NCBI GenBank assembly: GCA_002633005.1 | Contig: NMRA01000098.1 | Coordinates: 1 to 64,000, forward strand | DNA: 64,000 nt | Direction of reading: 5' to 3' | From: Phoronis australis | Taxonomy: Eukaryota > Animalia > Phoronida | Shown here: piece by piece, positions 1 through 11,599 of the stretch | How positions within the stretch are numbered: the stretch's first letter is position 1 | Layout: each line of letters opens with the position of its first letter | Position numbers and translations under genes: made by a program | Notes under the pieces: model-generated | Databases searched by the model: none | The model's input: the letters and a program-made list of their open reading frames with translations, nothing else | What the model was told of the DNA's origin: nothing

Positions 1-164
1 GTGAATAGTAGACATCCACGAAGATGATCTGTAATGCAAAGAAAACTGACGCATCCCCTCCCCCTAAACAAAAATGTCCTGAGGATTCCCTAGTGGTAAT
101 CCATAATCCAGCAGAGGTATTTTTCGCTTCTACTCCAAAGATGATTGGTGTTGGAGCGGTAATG

Positions 165-260
165 GTCTGACATAACCTGCCGAATTCTGAGAACCAGTTT
201 TCCCCAATTAAATAACGGGCATCAAACTGGTTCTCAAAATGCGGGCACGTTATATCAGAC
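165..260. repeat. Imperfect inverted repeat / MITE remnant
   Basis: gtctgacataacctgccgaattctgagaaccagttt pairs imperfectly with aaactggttctcaaaatgcgggcacgttatatcagac around a short spacer. Confidence 0.55.
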
Positions 261-1011
261 TATTGCCGTCGGAGCGTATTTCATCACATACCTATGTCAA
301 GTTAAATTGAAATCCCTCAAACATTCTCATCCGGAGTGGCATGAAGATAATCTTGACTTGAAACACTAACTAGACCACACATTTTGCTTTAGGCAAGTCA
401 AGACAATTTTCAACCAATCCTTACATTATAGGGAACTGTCAATACTTTTTTAAAAGCCCAAAACCTTCCTCCATCTGAATAACAGGCCTAAATCAAATAT
501 CGTGTTCATCAGAAGGCAACTTTATCGTAACTTCTCAGAAGTTAATTTCTCAATAAATATTGATGAGAAATTTGGCCATTACCACACATACTAAAAATCT
601 TGGCAACATAATAAAAAATTCACCTTCTTGACAAGCTCCATTGTCTTTCGGTGATTGATCACTATAAATGAGGGAGAGAAAATTAATCACCACTGTCCTC
701 TATGCATTTACGTATTGTATAAGTGAACAGTGGAATCAATGTGAAGTGGTTGATGAACTGTCCAAGTCGTAATAATACAGTATGTTATATTCACAAATAA
801 GTAGCGTCAGTGTGAAATCCTTAGCACAACAAAGTCAAATCATTTTCTCCCCATCCATTCCAATGTCATGGCATCCCACATAATGCTTCACATATCTTTC
901 CTCCTTTTGCTCTCATGAATTAATCTGTATGAAAACGCAACATCAAATGTCACAATTTCACGGTATTTAGAGAGGCTTCACATGTCACACACTCTTTTCC
1001 CTTCACAGGTG

Positions 1012-4000
1012 TCATTTCTTTCCTTCTACCATGATGATATGATAGCCAAACTTCGTTTTGATTGGAGGGTCAGTATACACCGGCCTGTCCATAGAACTGG
1101 TTTGTAGAGCAAACGCTGCATCTTGAAATGGACCAACCATGCTACCTCGAGTCATCCAACCCAGGTCACCCTGTTGGAACAATATAACAACAGCAATGTG
1201 GAGTGTTGAAATGCACTCATGACTGCACCGCAAATGTAGTGCTCCTAGGGATGATCATTAGAATAATAAAATTGCTACTGGAAGGCACAGAATAATCAAA
1301 CTCAGGAGAGCATCGGTGTTTCCTCAACACAAAATTATTTCAAAATTTCATGAAAATCCATTAAGGAACTCTTAGATACAGAGGCAACACTACTGTAAGC
1401 TGTCACTAGGGTGCACAGCACTAGTCGGATTGGTCTGAACCTCGCCACATCCATAGGAAACACACCGACCACATTTTACAGCTAAGGACACCACAGTAGT
1501 CAGATCCAACCGAAAACCAACGTTAGCTTGGTCATACAAGAGCAACGCAGAGTTAAATGCGCTCACGACTGCACCGCAAACAGGTGCTTCTGGGGGTGTT
1601 TATTTGCATCATAAAAATGGCTATTAGATGGCTCAATACCTTGAACCCACCCAAAAATGGAAAGGTGTCATTGTCTCTCAAAATAAAATGATTTTATGGA
1701 AATCCTTTGAGTGAGGACCTTTGAAGATACAGAGGCAAAGATACAAATAATTGCCACTAGGCGCACTGGTAGTCCAATCCATCTGAAAGTCATCGTTGTC
1801 TGTTGTCAACTTCATATAAATACACTTGCTAAATTTAATAAAGATCCTGCTGAGAGTTTAGGAGATATAGACATGGGCGCCAAAACAAACAAAACTGCCA
1901 CTACGAGGTGCCACACTACTATCTATAACGCACTTGTTCAATTTCAGATTGACAAAGGTCTTATAAGGTGGATTATGTACATGCTGAGCAGTCAGACTGT
2001 AACAGCTAAGCTTGAGGGAGCTAGTGTGACTGTCCGTCTCTCTAGAGGTACTCCACAAGGTGGTACCGCTTCACCTGCTCTCTTCAATATGGTCATGGAC
2101 TGCCTGTTAAGGCAGCTGTTGGCTAACATTGGGCAATGTCTAGTTGTACAGGCCTATGCTGAACTGTGTGTCAAGTGTTGATACTTGCACATGCTGCAGT
2201 ATTGTCCAGAAGGCACTTAATATTACTATTCGATGGACTGAGACAGTTGGCTTGGAGATCAATAGGTAAAACAAAAGTGGTGATGTTCACCTGGAAGCGG
2301 AAGTGGAATGTAAAACCATTAAAGCTCTATGGTACTGAACTCCCACTCCAAGAAAAAGTCACCTACCTAGGTGTTACTCTCCACCATCGCCTTTCTTGGA
2401 CACCTCACGTGATGGACAAGATAACCAAAGCCAAGTTGGCCCTGGTAAGGTGTTGCCGAGTAGTGGGTAAAACTTGGAGACTCTCTCCCAAGAATTATCT
2501 CTAGATCTACATTGGTGTTATCAGACCGATGTTAGCTTACGCGGCATCAAAATGGATAACATCTCTTGAGCAGAGCACAGTTACAACTAAACTGACACAA
2601 ATACAGCATTTAGCTTGCTTGTGCCTTACTTCTGCTTTTCTAGGGACACCCACAGCTGCAATGGAAATGCTTATTGATTTGCCACCCCTTTGTATTTACC
2701 TCAGGGGTGAAGCTGTGCTTGCAGCTTACCGTATGAGGTGTAATGGGCAGTGGAGTAATGCGCGAATCATCGACACTGTTGCTCATAAGAGCCATGTTAA
2801 TGTTTGCAACAGGTTAATGTCAGAAACTGGAACACTTTTGGCAATGCCAAGTGATGTTTTAGTGACGACCCTAAATCACAGACACAGAAATTGGAGATGA
2901 TCACGAAATCATTAATTACAATGACCAACAGTCCGTTTGTTACACTGATGCCTCTAAACTTGACAACGGACAGTCAGGATCAGGAATTTACTTTCCAAAC
3001 CTTGCAGGTGACGACAAAGAAAGCGGAATCTCAATGGGTAACACCGTTACAGTCTTTCAGGCTGACATTGTTGCCCAACTGGCAAGGGAGCATGAAGCAG
3101 TCCTTGGTAACAAGGAACTCTTCTGGCCTTTGTAAACAAGCTCAACCACCTATCAGCTAGTAGAACTGTTCATGTGAACTGAGCATTGACGGTAACGAAG
3201 CTGCTGACAAACTTGCAAAAGAAGGAGCAAGTACACCCTGTTTTATACCACAACCTTGCATACCAGTTGCCTATAGGTGCTGCAGAGCAAAGGTAAGACA
3301 CTGGGTGTGTGAACTGGCCGTGGATGCATGGAGAAAGCTCTCTGCCTGCAGACAAACCAAACAACTTTTTCCAAGTGCTATTGAACCAAAAGGTTCAAAG
3401 AAACTGCTATGTTTAGATAGGCTTGCTATAAGGCAGCTGATCCAGGTTATTACTGGACACTGCAACCTAGCTTGGCACTGTAACATCACAGGCCATATGG
3501 CATGTTCACTGTGTCCCAAATGTGGCTTGGAGGTCAAGACTCCTCAACATCTGGTGGAAATTTGCCCTGCCTACAATAGACACCATAATCTACTACTTGA
3601 TGGACACATAACCTGCCTGGTTAACGTTGTTAATTCACACAGGTTGAATAGTCTTTCTGTCTTTTTGAAACAAACAGGCAGACTGGAAGATTTCACCCGG
3701 AATCCGGTGATGTCGTGTACCCATGAGTCGTAATCAGGTGACTGGTGAAATGGGCCCGGCCTTGTGGCTTAAACACGCCTGATGTACTGCAAAAGGCATT
3801 AGGCCACCTGCACTTTTTTGCCACACTACTTGAAGTTGTCGGAAATTCATCATCAGCCATTCTCTTCACAGCAAGAATATGCCAATTTTCACAATCACCT
3901 TAGAGTGGTTTGGTTGATAGAGGGGGAACACCAAATAACTGGAAAACAGTGAAAATTGGTCACTAGATGGCACAAAATACCTCAAATCCATCTGAAAATG

Positions 4001-7000
4001 GAAGGACGCCGTCATCTCACTAATAAATACCTATCTGCTACACTAGAGGGCACAAAGGCTGTTAGATCGGGCCAAAACTCATCGTTGTCTGTTCCACAGG
4101 CACACATCTGCCAAATCCTATTAAGATCGTACAAGAGGTTTAGGAGAAACAGCAGCAGACGATGGGTGTCTAGACAGAGATGATGGCAATATTGAATATG
4201 GGTCCGCATTATGTATACATGTATGTGGGCGCATACAAAATAACGTGTTTTTGTTGTTTTCGAATTCAATAACAGGGCCCTCAATTTCTAGATTTTGGGT
4301 TCAAATAATCAGATTTGCATTGATACATATACTCCAAATAACCTTCAAATTTGGGTCCATTATCGGACGAGTTGAGTCTGTGCCTTCATTCTTGGCATTA
4401 CAGAGACATACTTGCCATATTTGGAAAAAATAAGTCAGTCTCAAAATGACACATAACCTCGATATGCCTGTGTAACACTTCCCTTTGGAACTGCAAAACC
4501 AGGCTCTTAAATATGTGAGAAAAGGACAATTTTTGAAGAATAAATCTTCTATTGCATAAAATGAGTTTAGCCGAACAAGTGTCCACTTCAAAAGTTCAGA
4601 CATTCTTGATGAACTGCATTAGTCAAAAACTGTCATGAGTAGACTGACACTTGCAATATTTTTAAGTTAATCAGTTTGTTAGCAGCTAGCACGTAACTGA
4701 CTTGACCTAAGTGAGGTTACACAAGAGATTAATTCATTGTTTATTACAGAACTCTTGAGAACACTCTAGTAGATTCCAGCATATTAGTGACCACACAGAA
4801 GCATGGTAACTGGAACATTCTAGAGCTCAGTATAAAATTGTAGAATGATTGAGTAGATACCAGAAAGCTTTAAAATGTGCTTGAATTGGTGAAAAGTTCC
4901 AGAACATAGTAAGAAACTATAAATACTTAGGCACGAGTTAGTGAAAGTCAGTTAAGAAGTCCATTACTGAATTTATAGTGAATAATTTGTAGAATCAGTC
5001 AGCAAGTTGCAGAAAACATTTTGAGTTTAACACAAGTCAAGACTTTGCACTACTGGCTAGATCACTGGGCGTTTTGTTTTAGTGGACTTGAGAAGATTGG
5101 ACAGAAATTGATAAAGTAAGTAACTCCAAATGATCCTCAGTCTATCACTGCACTGAAAGCCATTAATACCGGCCAGTAATGACCTGCACCCAGCCATCCA
5201 CGGAGCTCAACGTGACAAATATGATGTCCCTGGGTTCAACCACAACTTAAAAGTACAACTCAAAATTGGCCCAGTTACCACAACTGAAAGCTGCCTTAAC
5301 CAAATAAGTGAGCCACAGCACTTCTGAGTACTAATACGGCATAGGGCTCTTAATTAAAGTCCTGACAATGAGTGGAGCAGTGGGTGCTAAACCAACATTT
5401 TTCATAAGTAGGGGATGAACGCTTACATGGGTATGGGCGTTAACCTGAATGTCACGTGAGTGGACTAATTCAACAGAACTTTGATTTTGGCCAAATGTAA
5501 TAAAGGATCCATTATTACCCCTGACCGTGCCTTGTCTTCGCTGTACTGTGCCGCCACTTCACTGAATCGGACACCTGACTTGAGTTTCTCCATGGCTTCC
5601 ATACATTTCGAGTGCTTCTCACACAAAATGTGCCTCACCTAGAATCAATGTGTTGTAAATGCAACAAAGTGATGTTTTCTGAGAGTGAAGCGTGCCTTAA
5701 AATTCACTTGGCCACGCGGCAATGAAACAAGTCAAAATACACCAGGTGAATCATGTACAGGAAGGGTCTTTAAAACTATAAAAATGCCTGCAACAGGACC
5801 GTCCCGGATCAAATGGCAATAGAACTCAACTTTGTCCAAAAGATAACAAAGCGCGTGACCTACTTTTGGAAATCAGGCAGATTTTCGTGTCCCTCACGGC
5901 AAATAATTTCAGATCATGCATCCGCNCAAATAACCTTCAAATTTGGGTTCATTATCGGACGAGTTGAGTCTGTGCCTTCTTTCTTGGCATTACAGAAACG
6001 TACTTGCCATATTTGGAAAAAAATAAGTCAGTCTCAATATGACACAACCTCGATATGCCTGTGTAACACTTCCCTTTGGAACTGGAAACTGCAAAACCAG
6101 GCTCTTAAATATGTGAGAAAAGAACAAATTTTTGAAGAATAAATCTTCTATTGCATAAAATGAGTTTAGCCGAACAAGTGTCCACTTCAAAAGTTCAGAC
6201 ATTCCTAATGAACTGCATTAGTCAAAAACTGTCGTGAGTAGACCGACACTTAAAATATTTTTAAGTTAATCAGCTTATTAGCAGCTAGCACGTAACTGAC
6301 TTGACCTAAGTGAGGTTACACAAGTGATTAATTCATTGTTTATAACAGAACTCTTGAGAACACTCTAGTAGATTCCAGCATATTAGTGACCGACACAGAA
6401 CCATGGTAACTGAAACATTCTAGAGCTCAGCATAAAATTGTAGAATGATTGAGTAGATACCAGAAAGCTTTAGAATGTGCTTGAATTGGTAAAAAGTTCC
6501 AGAACATAATAAGCAAATATAAATACTCGGGCACGAGTTAGTGAAAGTCAGTTAAGAAGTCCATAGTTACTGAATTTATAGTGAATAATTTGTAGAATCA
6601 GTTGCAGAAAGCTTTTCAAGAGTTTAAAACAAGTCACGACTTTGCACTACTGGCTGGATCACAGGGCGTTTTTGTTTTAGTGCACTTGAGTACATTGGAC
6701 AGAAATTGAAAAAGTGAGTAACTCCAAATGATCCTCAGTCTACCACTGCACTGAAAGCCATTAACACTGGTCAGTAATGACCTGCACCCAGCCATCCACG
6801 GAGCTCAACGTGACACATATAATGTCCCTGGGTTCAACCACAACTTAAAATGTAACTCAAAATTGGCCCAGTTACCACAACTGAAAGCTGCCTTAACCAA
6901 ATAATAAGTGAGCCACAGCACTTCTGAGTACTAATACGGCATAGGGCTCTTAATTAAAGTCCTGACAATGAGTGGAGCAGTGGGTGCTAAACCAACATTT

Positions 7001-9788
7001 TTCATAAGTAGGGGATGGATGTTTACATGGGCATGGGCGTTAACCTGAATGTCACATGAGTGGACTAATTCAACAGAGCTTTGATTTTGGGCAAATATAA
7101 TAAAGGATCCGTTATTACCCCTGACCGTGCCTTGTCTTCGCTGTACTGTGCCGCCACTTCACTGAATCGGACACCTGACTTGAGTTTCTCCATGGCTTCC
7201 ATACATTTCGAGTGCTTCTCACACAAAATGTGCCTCACCTAAAATCAACGTATTGTAAATGCAACACAAAGTGACGTTTTCTGAGAGTGAAGCGTGCCTT
7301 AAAATTCACTTGGCCACCCGGCAATGAAACAACTCAAAATACACCAGGTGAATCATGTACAGGAAGGGTCTTAACTATAAAAATGCCTGCAACAGGACCG
7401 TCCCGGATCAAATGGCAATAGAACTCAATTTTGTCCCAGAGATAACAAAGCGCGTGACCTACTTTTGGAAATCAGGCAGATTTTCGTGTCCCTCACGGCA
7501 AATAATTTCAGATCACGCATCCGCGGGTATTTGTCCAATTTATCAAACTTTTTCAGGGTGGAGTTGTCCACCACAACACAGCATTTTAATGCTGTGTTGT
7601 GGTGGTATTAAAATACTTCATTGGCATTGGAAGAACGAATACCAAGACAAAAGTTTGTCAAATGGGACCTTAATCAAAAGGCAACTCCGTGTTTATTGTT
7701 TATTTTCTGTTCTCGGTACATTTAGAAGAGGGGTCTTCATTATTAGGACCACTTGGTAACTATAGATTCTCCCACTTGTCTCTGTCTGACTGGTTAATGG
7801 TGCAATAATCCCCCACTTCCTGACAAAATCAAGTGTTGATTCAGGTCACTTCAAATAATTTCTAGGCTCTAGAAAAGAACTAAGATGAGCCGCCACACTA
7901 ATTTGCTCTTCACAACAGCTTAGTTTCTGTCCCTGCAGCAGTATGACCAACATGAAATTCTAAGGCATTTTTGTGGACTCCATTCAATTTAAAAGAGTAC
8001 TCGTTGATGTGTTGACGGAAAGAATGTGGCTCAGTGTCAACAGCTAAATGACGAGCATTGCTTCAAATAATGCTCCATGCACTGCCATAAGACCATGCTT
8101 CATTATCGTAAAGCAAATTGACAATAACAAAATCCACCAATTGTTTAAAACACATTTTTGCATTTAGAAGACAATTTAGCTACAAGAGTATGCATATTTG
8201 AATGGATTGCCTGTGTCAAAAAATGAGGTCACCTGTTATTTTCCATTGACAACAGAAAATGGAAGGAATTCACGGAATCTGACTTCTTCCACAGAATTAG
8301 TGGCTTCGAACAGAATCCACATACCGGTAGTAGATCATACCTCTTAATAATATCTTAATTCAAAAGAATATAATTCAATATAATCAATAACATTCTACGA
8401 TTATGGCCACAAATTGATCAACGATTCTTTAGCAGCAGCCATATTCAAGTAGTTGTTCACTCTTTCTGAGGGTGCACTGTTCTTCCTCTGGTTTAGATTC
8501 AATTTGCCAGTTCAACCAGACAAGACATCTGATTGGTTCTAGAAAATGAATTAGAGCTTACAGATTGACATATTTTATCCCATACGCGTTGAATCTGTCG
8601 AGGGAAATACAGCCATGTAATCAAGTTTTCCATATTCACCTCCCACACTACTTCAACAGTGACCTCTGACATGGAAAGTTCAAAAGGTAGGTCAATGTCG
8701 ACTCGACGTCGTTAGCCGGTTCGATCACCAAACTTTCGGAAAATTGTAAGTAACACTCAACATACAATCAGGTCTCAATCGTCACATCTGGAACAGGACT
8801 GTTAATTATATGACAGTTCTGTCTCAGTTTTCATTTGCTAAATATCATCTGCAACTCACGCCCAACTCATTTGTCCTGCAAGTCAGTGCTTGTCCTATGT
8901 TCAGATCTAGTCGGGCTTGTGTAGACTTTGCCCAGGGAGTTCTGGGGTGTGGGGGTCGATGGGGGTTCATAGCAATCCCTTTCAGTGACTTACACAATAC
9001 CAGCTAGGCCACGTCAGGTTTGGCCGCTCTTGTGTCAACACATCTCACACTGTAGCATCTGTCAAGATCCCTCCCGAACAAAAATAAAACTACCTCAATA
9101 TAAATACAAACAATCTTTCGTAGTACACACAATTGGTATACTACATGGCATCTTAGATAAATGCGTTCATCAGCAACTGACCCAGGCATTTTACCACACC
9201 CACTTCTGTTTTGGTGCACACAGTGTTGAAAAATGGCCAGATGCCAATTTGGGCAATTGATCGAAGGACGGCTCTACAAAAGTTTGATTACATGAGTATT
9301 TGCTCAAGATGGGAGGTCGAATTAAAGACATTGATGGCCTCCGTAAGGTGTCCCTCTATGCACAAACGGTAGTTATAACCTAACCACAGCACTCCTCAGC
9401 TTCTGATGATCAGATGATATCCACGGCGATCAGAAGCTGAGGACGCCTGTGCTAATAACGTGACTTTGATGTTTTAGTCAGTGCAAGGAATAATTCACCG
9501 AAAAGCTTCCGCCTATGAGAGCTTCACCGTCTCTACTAGGGCCAGCTAAAGACGGTGGTCACTGACTTTCACTGTCAACCAGATTAGTGTGAGTACTGTG
9601 TGAGCACACTGTGAGTGAGACTGAGATGGTTTTAATTCGCCTGAATGTCAAAGCAGACAATTCACCTTCACAGCAGTGCCACCTTTCGCTTGCTTAGGTT
9701 GTGAGGATTCTCCACTATCTCCTTTGCCTCCTTTCCCCTTTGGACCCCCCTTTGCACCACCCTTGTCGCCTCCTCCCTTCTTTGGCAT
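1012..9788 (-). CDS. PIN4: Peptidyl-prolyl cis-trans isomerase NIMA-interacting 4 (parvulin-14), 3 coding exons, 133 aa
   Basis: Exons 9666-9788 ([11 protein letters not shown]...KGGTAVK), 7119-7238 or its duplicate 5519-5638 ([40 protein letters not shown]) and 1012-1170 ([22 protein letters not shown]...[18 protein letters not shown]). All introns are GT-AG, phase 0. The translation matches the well-known Par14 sequence throughout. Confidence 0.96.
1921..3819 (+). mobile_element. 5'-truncated, decayed non-LTR retrotransposon (RT + RNase H + C-terminal Cys/His knuckle; I/R1/LOA-like) in the last PIN4 intron
   Basis: Broken ORFs carry RT motifs ([23 protein letters not shown] in place of [31 protein letters not shown]), RNase H pieces ([19 protein letters not shown]) and CSLCPKCG...HLVEICP. 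Flanked by the direct repeat gccacactact (1910-1920, 3820-3830); ends in a T6 run. Confidence 0.92.
4335..7524. repeat. 1.6-kb tandem near-identical duplication (4335-5925 / 5927-7524) containing PIN4 exon 2; probable uncollapsed haplotype
   Basis: The two copies are colinear with scattered SNPs and small indels and meet exactly at the single N at 5926. The 120-bp exon is identical in both. Confidence 0.9.
4631..5217 (+). mobile_element. Probable solo LTR (second assembled copy at 6230-6815)
   Basis: About 590 bp bounded by TGTCATG...CGTGACA (TG..CA with a short terminal inverted repeat), with an internal TATAAATA. No clear target-site duplication. Confidence 0.5.
8575..8855. repeat. Dispersed repeat, second copy at ~47861-48135
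   Basis: Shared colinear sequence ttatcccatacgcgttgaatc...ttcacctccc...ttagccggttcgatca...acatctggaacaggact...gctaaatat. Confidence 0.75.
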
Positions 9789-10363
9789 TTTGCGTTTTTG
9801 CGTTTGAACGGATGCGCGACAAAATCAACGTAAAAGCAGACAAGTTGGGTAGATTTATTATTTCGTTATAATCATTGCGGTGCAGTAGCTAAAGATTCAA
9901 AAATTGTATAATGAGATGAAATTTCTTACAATTTGTTTTACATGTCAATTAGTTGAAGCTTTCGAATAATTATCTAGAATACACACGTTGTGTTCGCAAA
10001 TCGTTATTATGCAATTAGTTAGTGATCGTCATTATCGCCACTTCTACTGTTGTCATAAACAAGATGGAAGTGAAGTGTACGAGAAACACCAATTAATTGA
10101 GGGTTTCCAACTGTCCTTCCGGGCGTTCGCATAACTATTAGACCGTGTTCCATGCTAGCTCTTGAGGCGTTGTTATCTTTCTGAGGACTTAACAGGCATT
10201 ATTGTCATCAAAACATCGCATCTACGAAAGTACGAGTTAAGACTTGTGTAACCTAGCCCATTTCTGATTTGGTGTTATCAACAAAATCAGTCAGCCAACC
10301 CAGTCACACAACGTGAGCTAATCAGGTCACAGAGACGCCATGGAAAAATTGTGAGAGGTAAGT
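9789..10363. promoter_or_regulatory. Putative bidirectional promoter / non-coding first exon of the LRR gene
   Basis: The PIN4 ATG (9788, minus) and the LRR gene (plus) diverge. A consensus donor GAG|GTAAGT at 10358 could splice to the acceptor at 11577 just upstream of the LRR ATG. Inferred from geometry only. Confidence 0.45.
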
Positions 10364-10807
10364 TAAATTTTAAGTTATTTATGTTGTAAATGTGTAGTCT
10401 GTTAAGAGTTAGTACCTGCTGTCTATCTGTGAAGGCTTCGGTGTGAAGTTGGTCCGGGTGGTTTAGGTGGTTAAAATCGTGAGCAGTGCCAATAGATGGT
10501 TTCAATGATGACACCTGTGATCACATATTTCTCAGCTTAAAAGCAGCAGAGAAATGTCCAAACTTGACTAGGCTATAATTGAGAGAGAATCTCATCCTCG
10601 TAAAATGTAAGCGAAATAAAACTTTGTGTTACCAAAATTTGCAGTAGTAGTCGAATATATGGGGCCCAGATTTGAGAACCCTGCAGTTACCCGCAGTGTG
10701 AATAACGCCCGTTATTCAGGGGTAGCTACTGGTTATCAAATCAATTTTAAATTAGGTACCCAATGATTCGACTATTACCAAATTGGCATTCTTCCTTAAG
10801 TCAACCA

Positions 10808-11454
10808 TAGCCAGCCAGGTAGCACTGTATGACGAAGACTAATGTCAAAATGCAGTTAGGAACCCCTGTGTGTTAAGTTCACGTAGACTACGAAATTTCA
10901 CATTGTCTGGATAGTTCTGCTCATCAAAGTGTCATGGATTTTAAAAGTGAAAAACAGCAAGATAAATGTCATTTTCTTTCACGATACTCCGCGTTTAGTA
11001 ACAAAGAAAAGACTGTCGACTTGAAAACAGTACGCTCATGACACATGCATGTGCAATTTTCAAACTTTTTCTGACATCTTTTGGAAGATGACAGCAATTC
11101 ATCGAAGCAAATTTTGTTTACTCAAAGTGAAAAAAAAAATTGAATTTGTTATGACGTGTACTCAACCTTGTGAAAGAAGAAAAAAAATTGATTGAAAAAA
11201 CTGACAAATTGTTGATGCTCTATTTCTTGGTGCTAGGAGTCAATGCATATGATTGATCCAAACTTTATCAGCAAAATAAGGTAGAACGTCAATTTTAGCA
11301 ATTATGGTAACTAATTTCATTTACCCTAGGAAGAGTGTTTAAGTTTTTAATGATATTAATTTCCTGTTAGATTTTATTCGGCCTGTTTACCCAGTCTTGG
11401 TAACACCAAGTTGGTGTTAAACTATAAATACGGTATAAGCACTGTACTAAGGCT
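10808..11454 (+). mobile_element. Older, diverged copy of the TAGCC...GGCTA non-autonomous element family (see 49248-50756)
   Basis: Begins tagccagccag, shares internal blocks (tgaaaacagtacgctc, tgtgaaagaag, ggtagaacg, aatttcctgt.agatttt) and ends gtactaaggct. Confidence 0.7.
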
Positions 11455-11599
11455 TGTTGTATGATTCTATAAAGCTAGACATATTTTGACATTTCTCTTA
11501 TACGTGACCTTCAAGGCCATCAACTTATTCCTGTTTTACACCAAACCATAACATGGTTTATGCTTGTCCTTATGCAGGACATCAGAAGCTAACAACACC

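Noticed and set aside
9393-9443. CTGATGA...CTGA as a C/D snoRNA or hammerhead
   Set aside because: The motifs are antisense to the host gene, the C box is non-canonical and there is no GAAA core; kept only as a hairpin.
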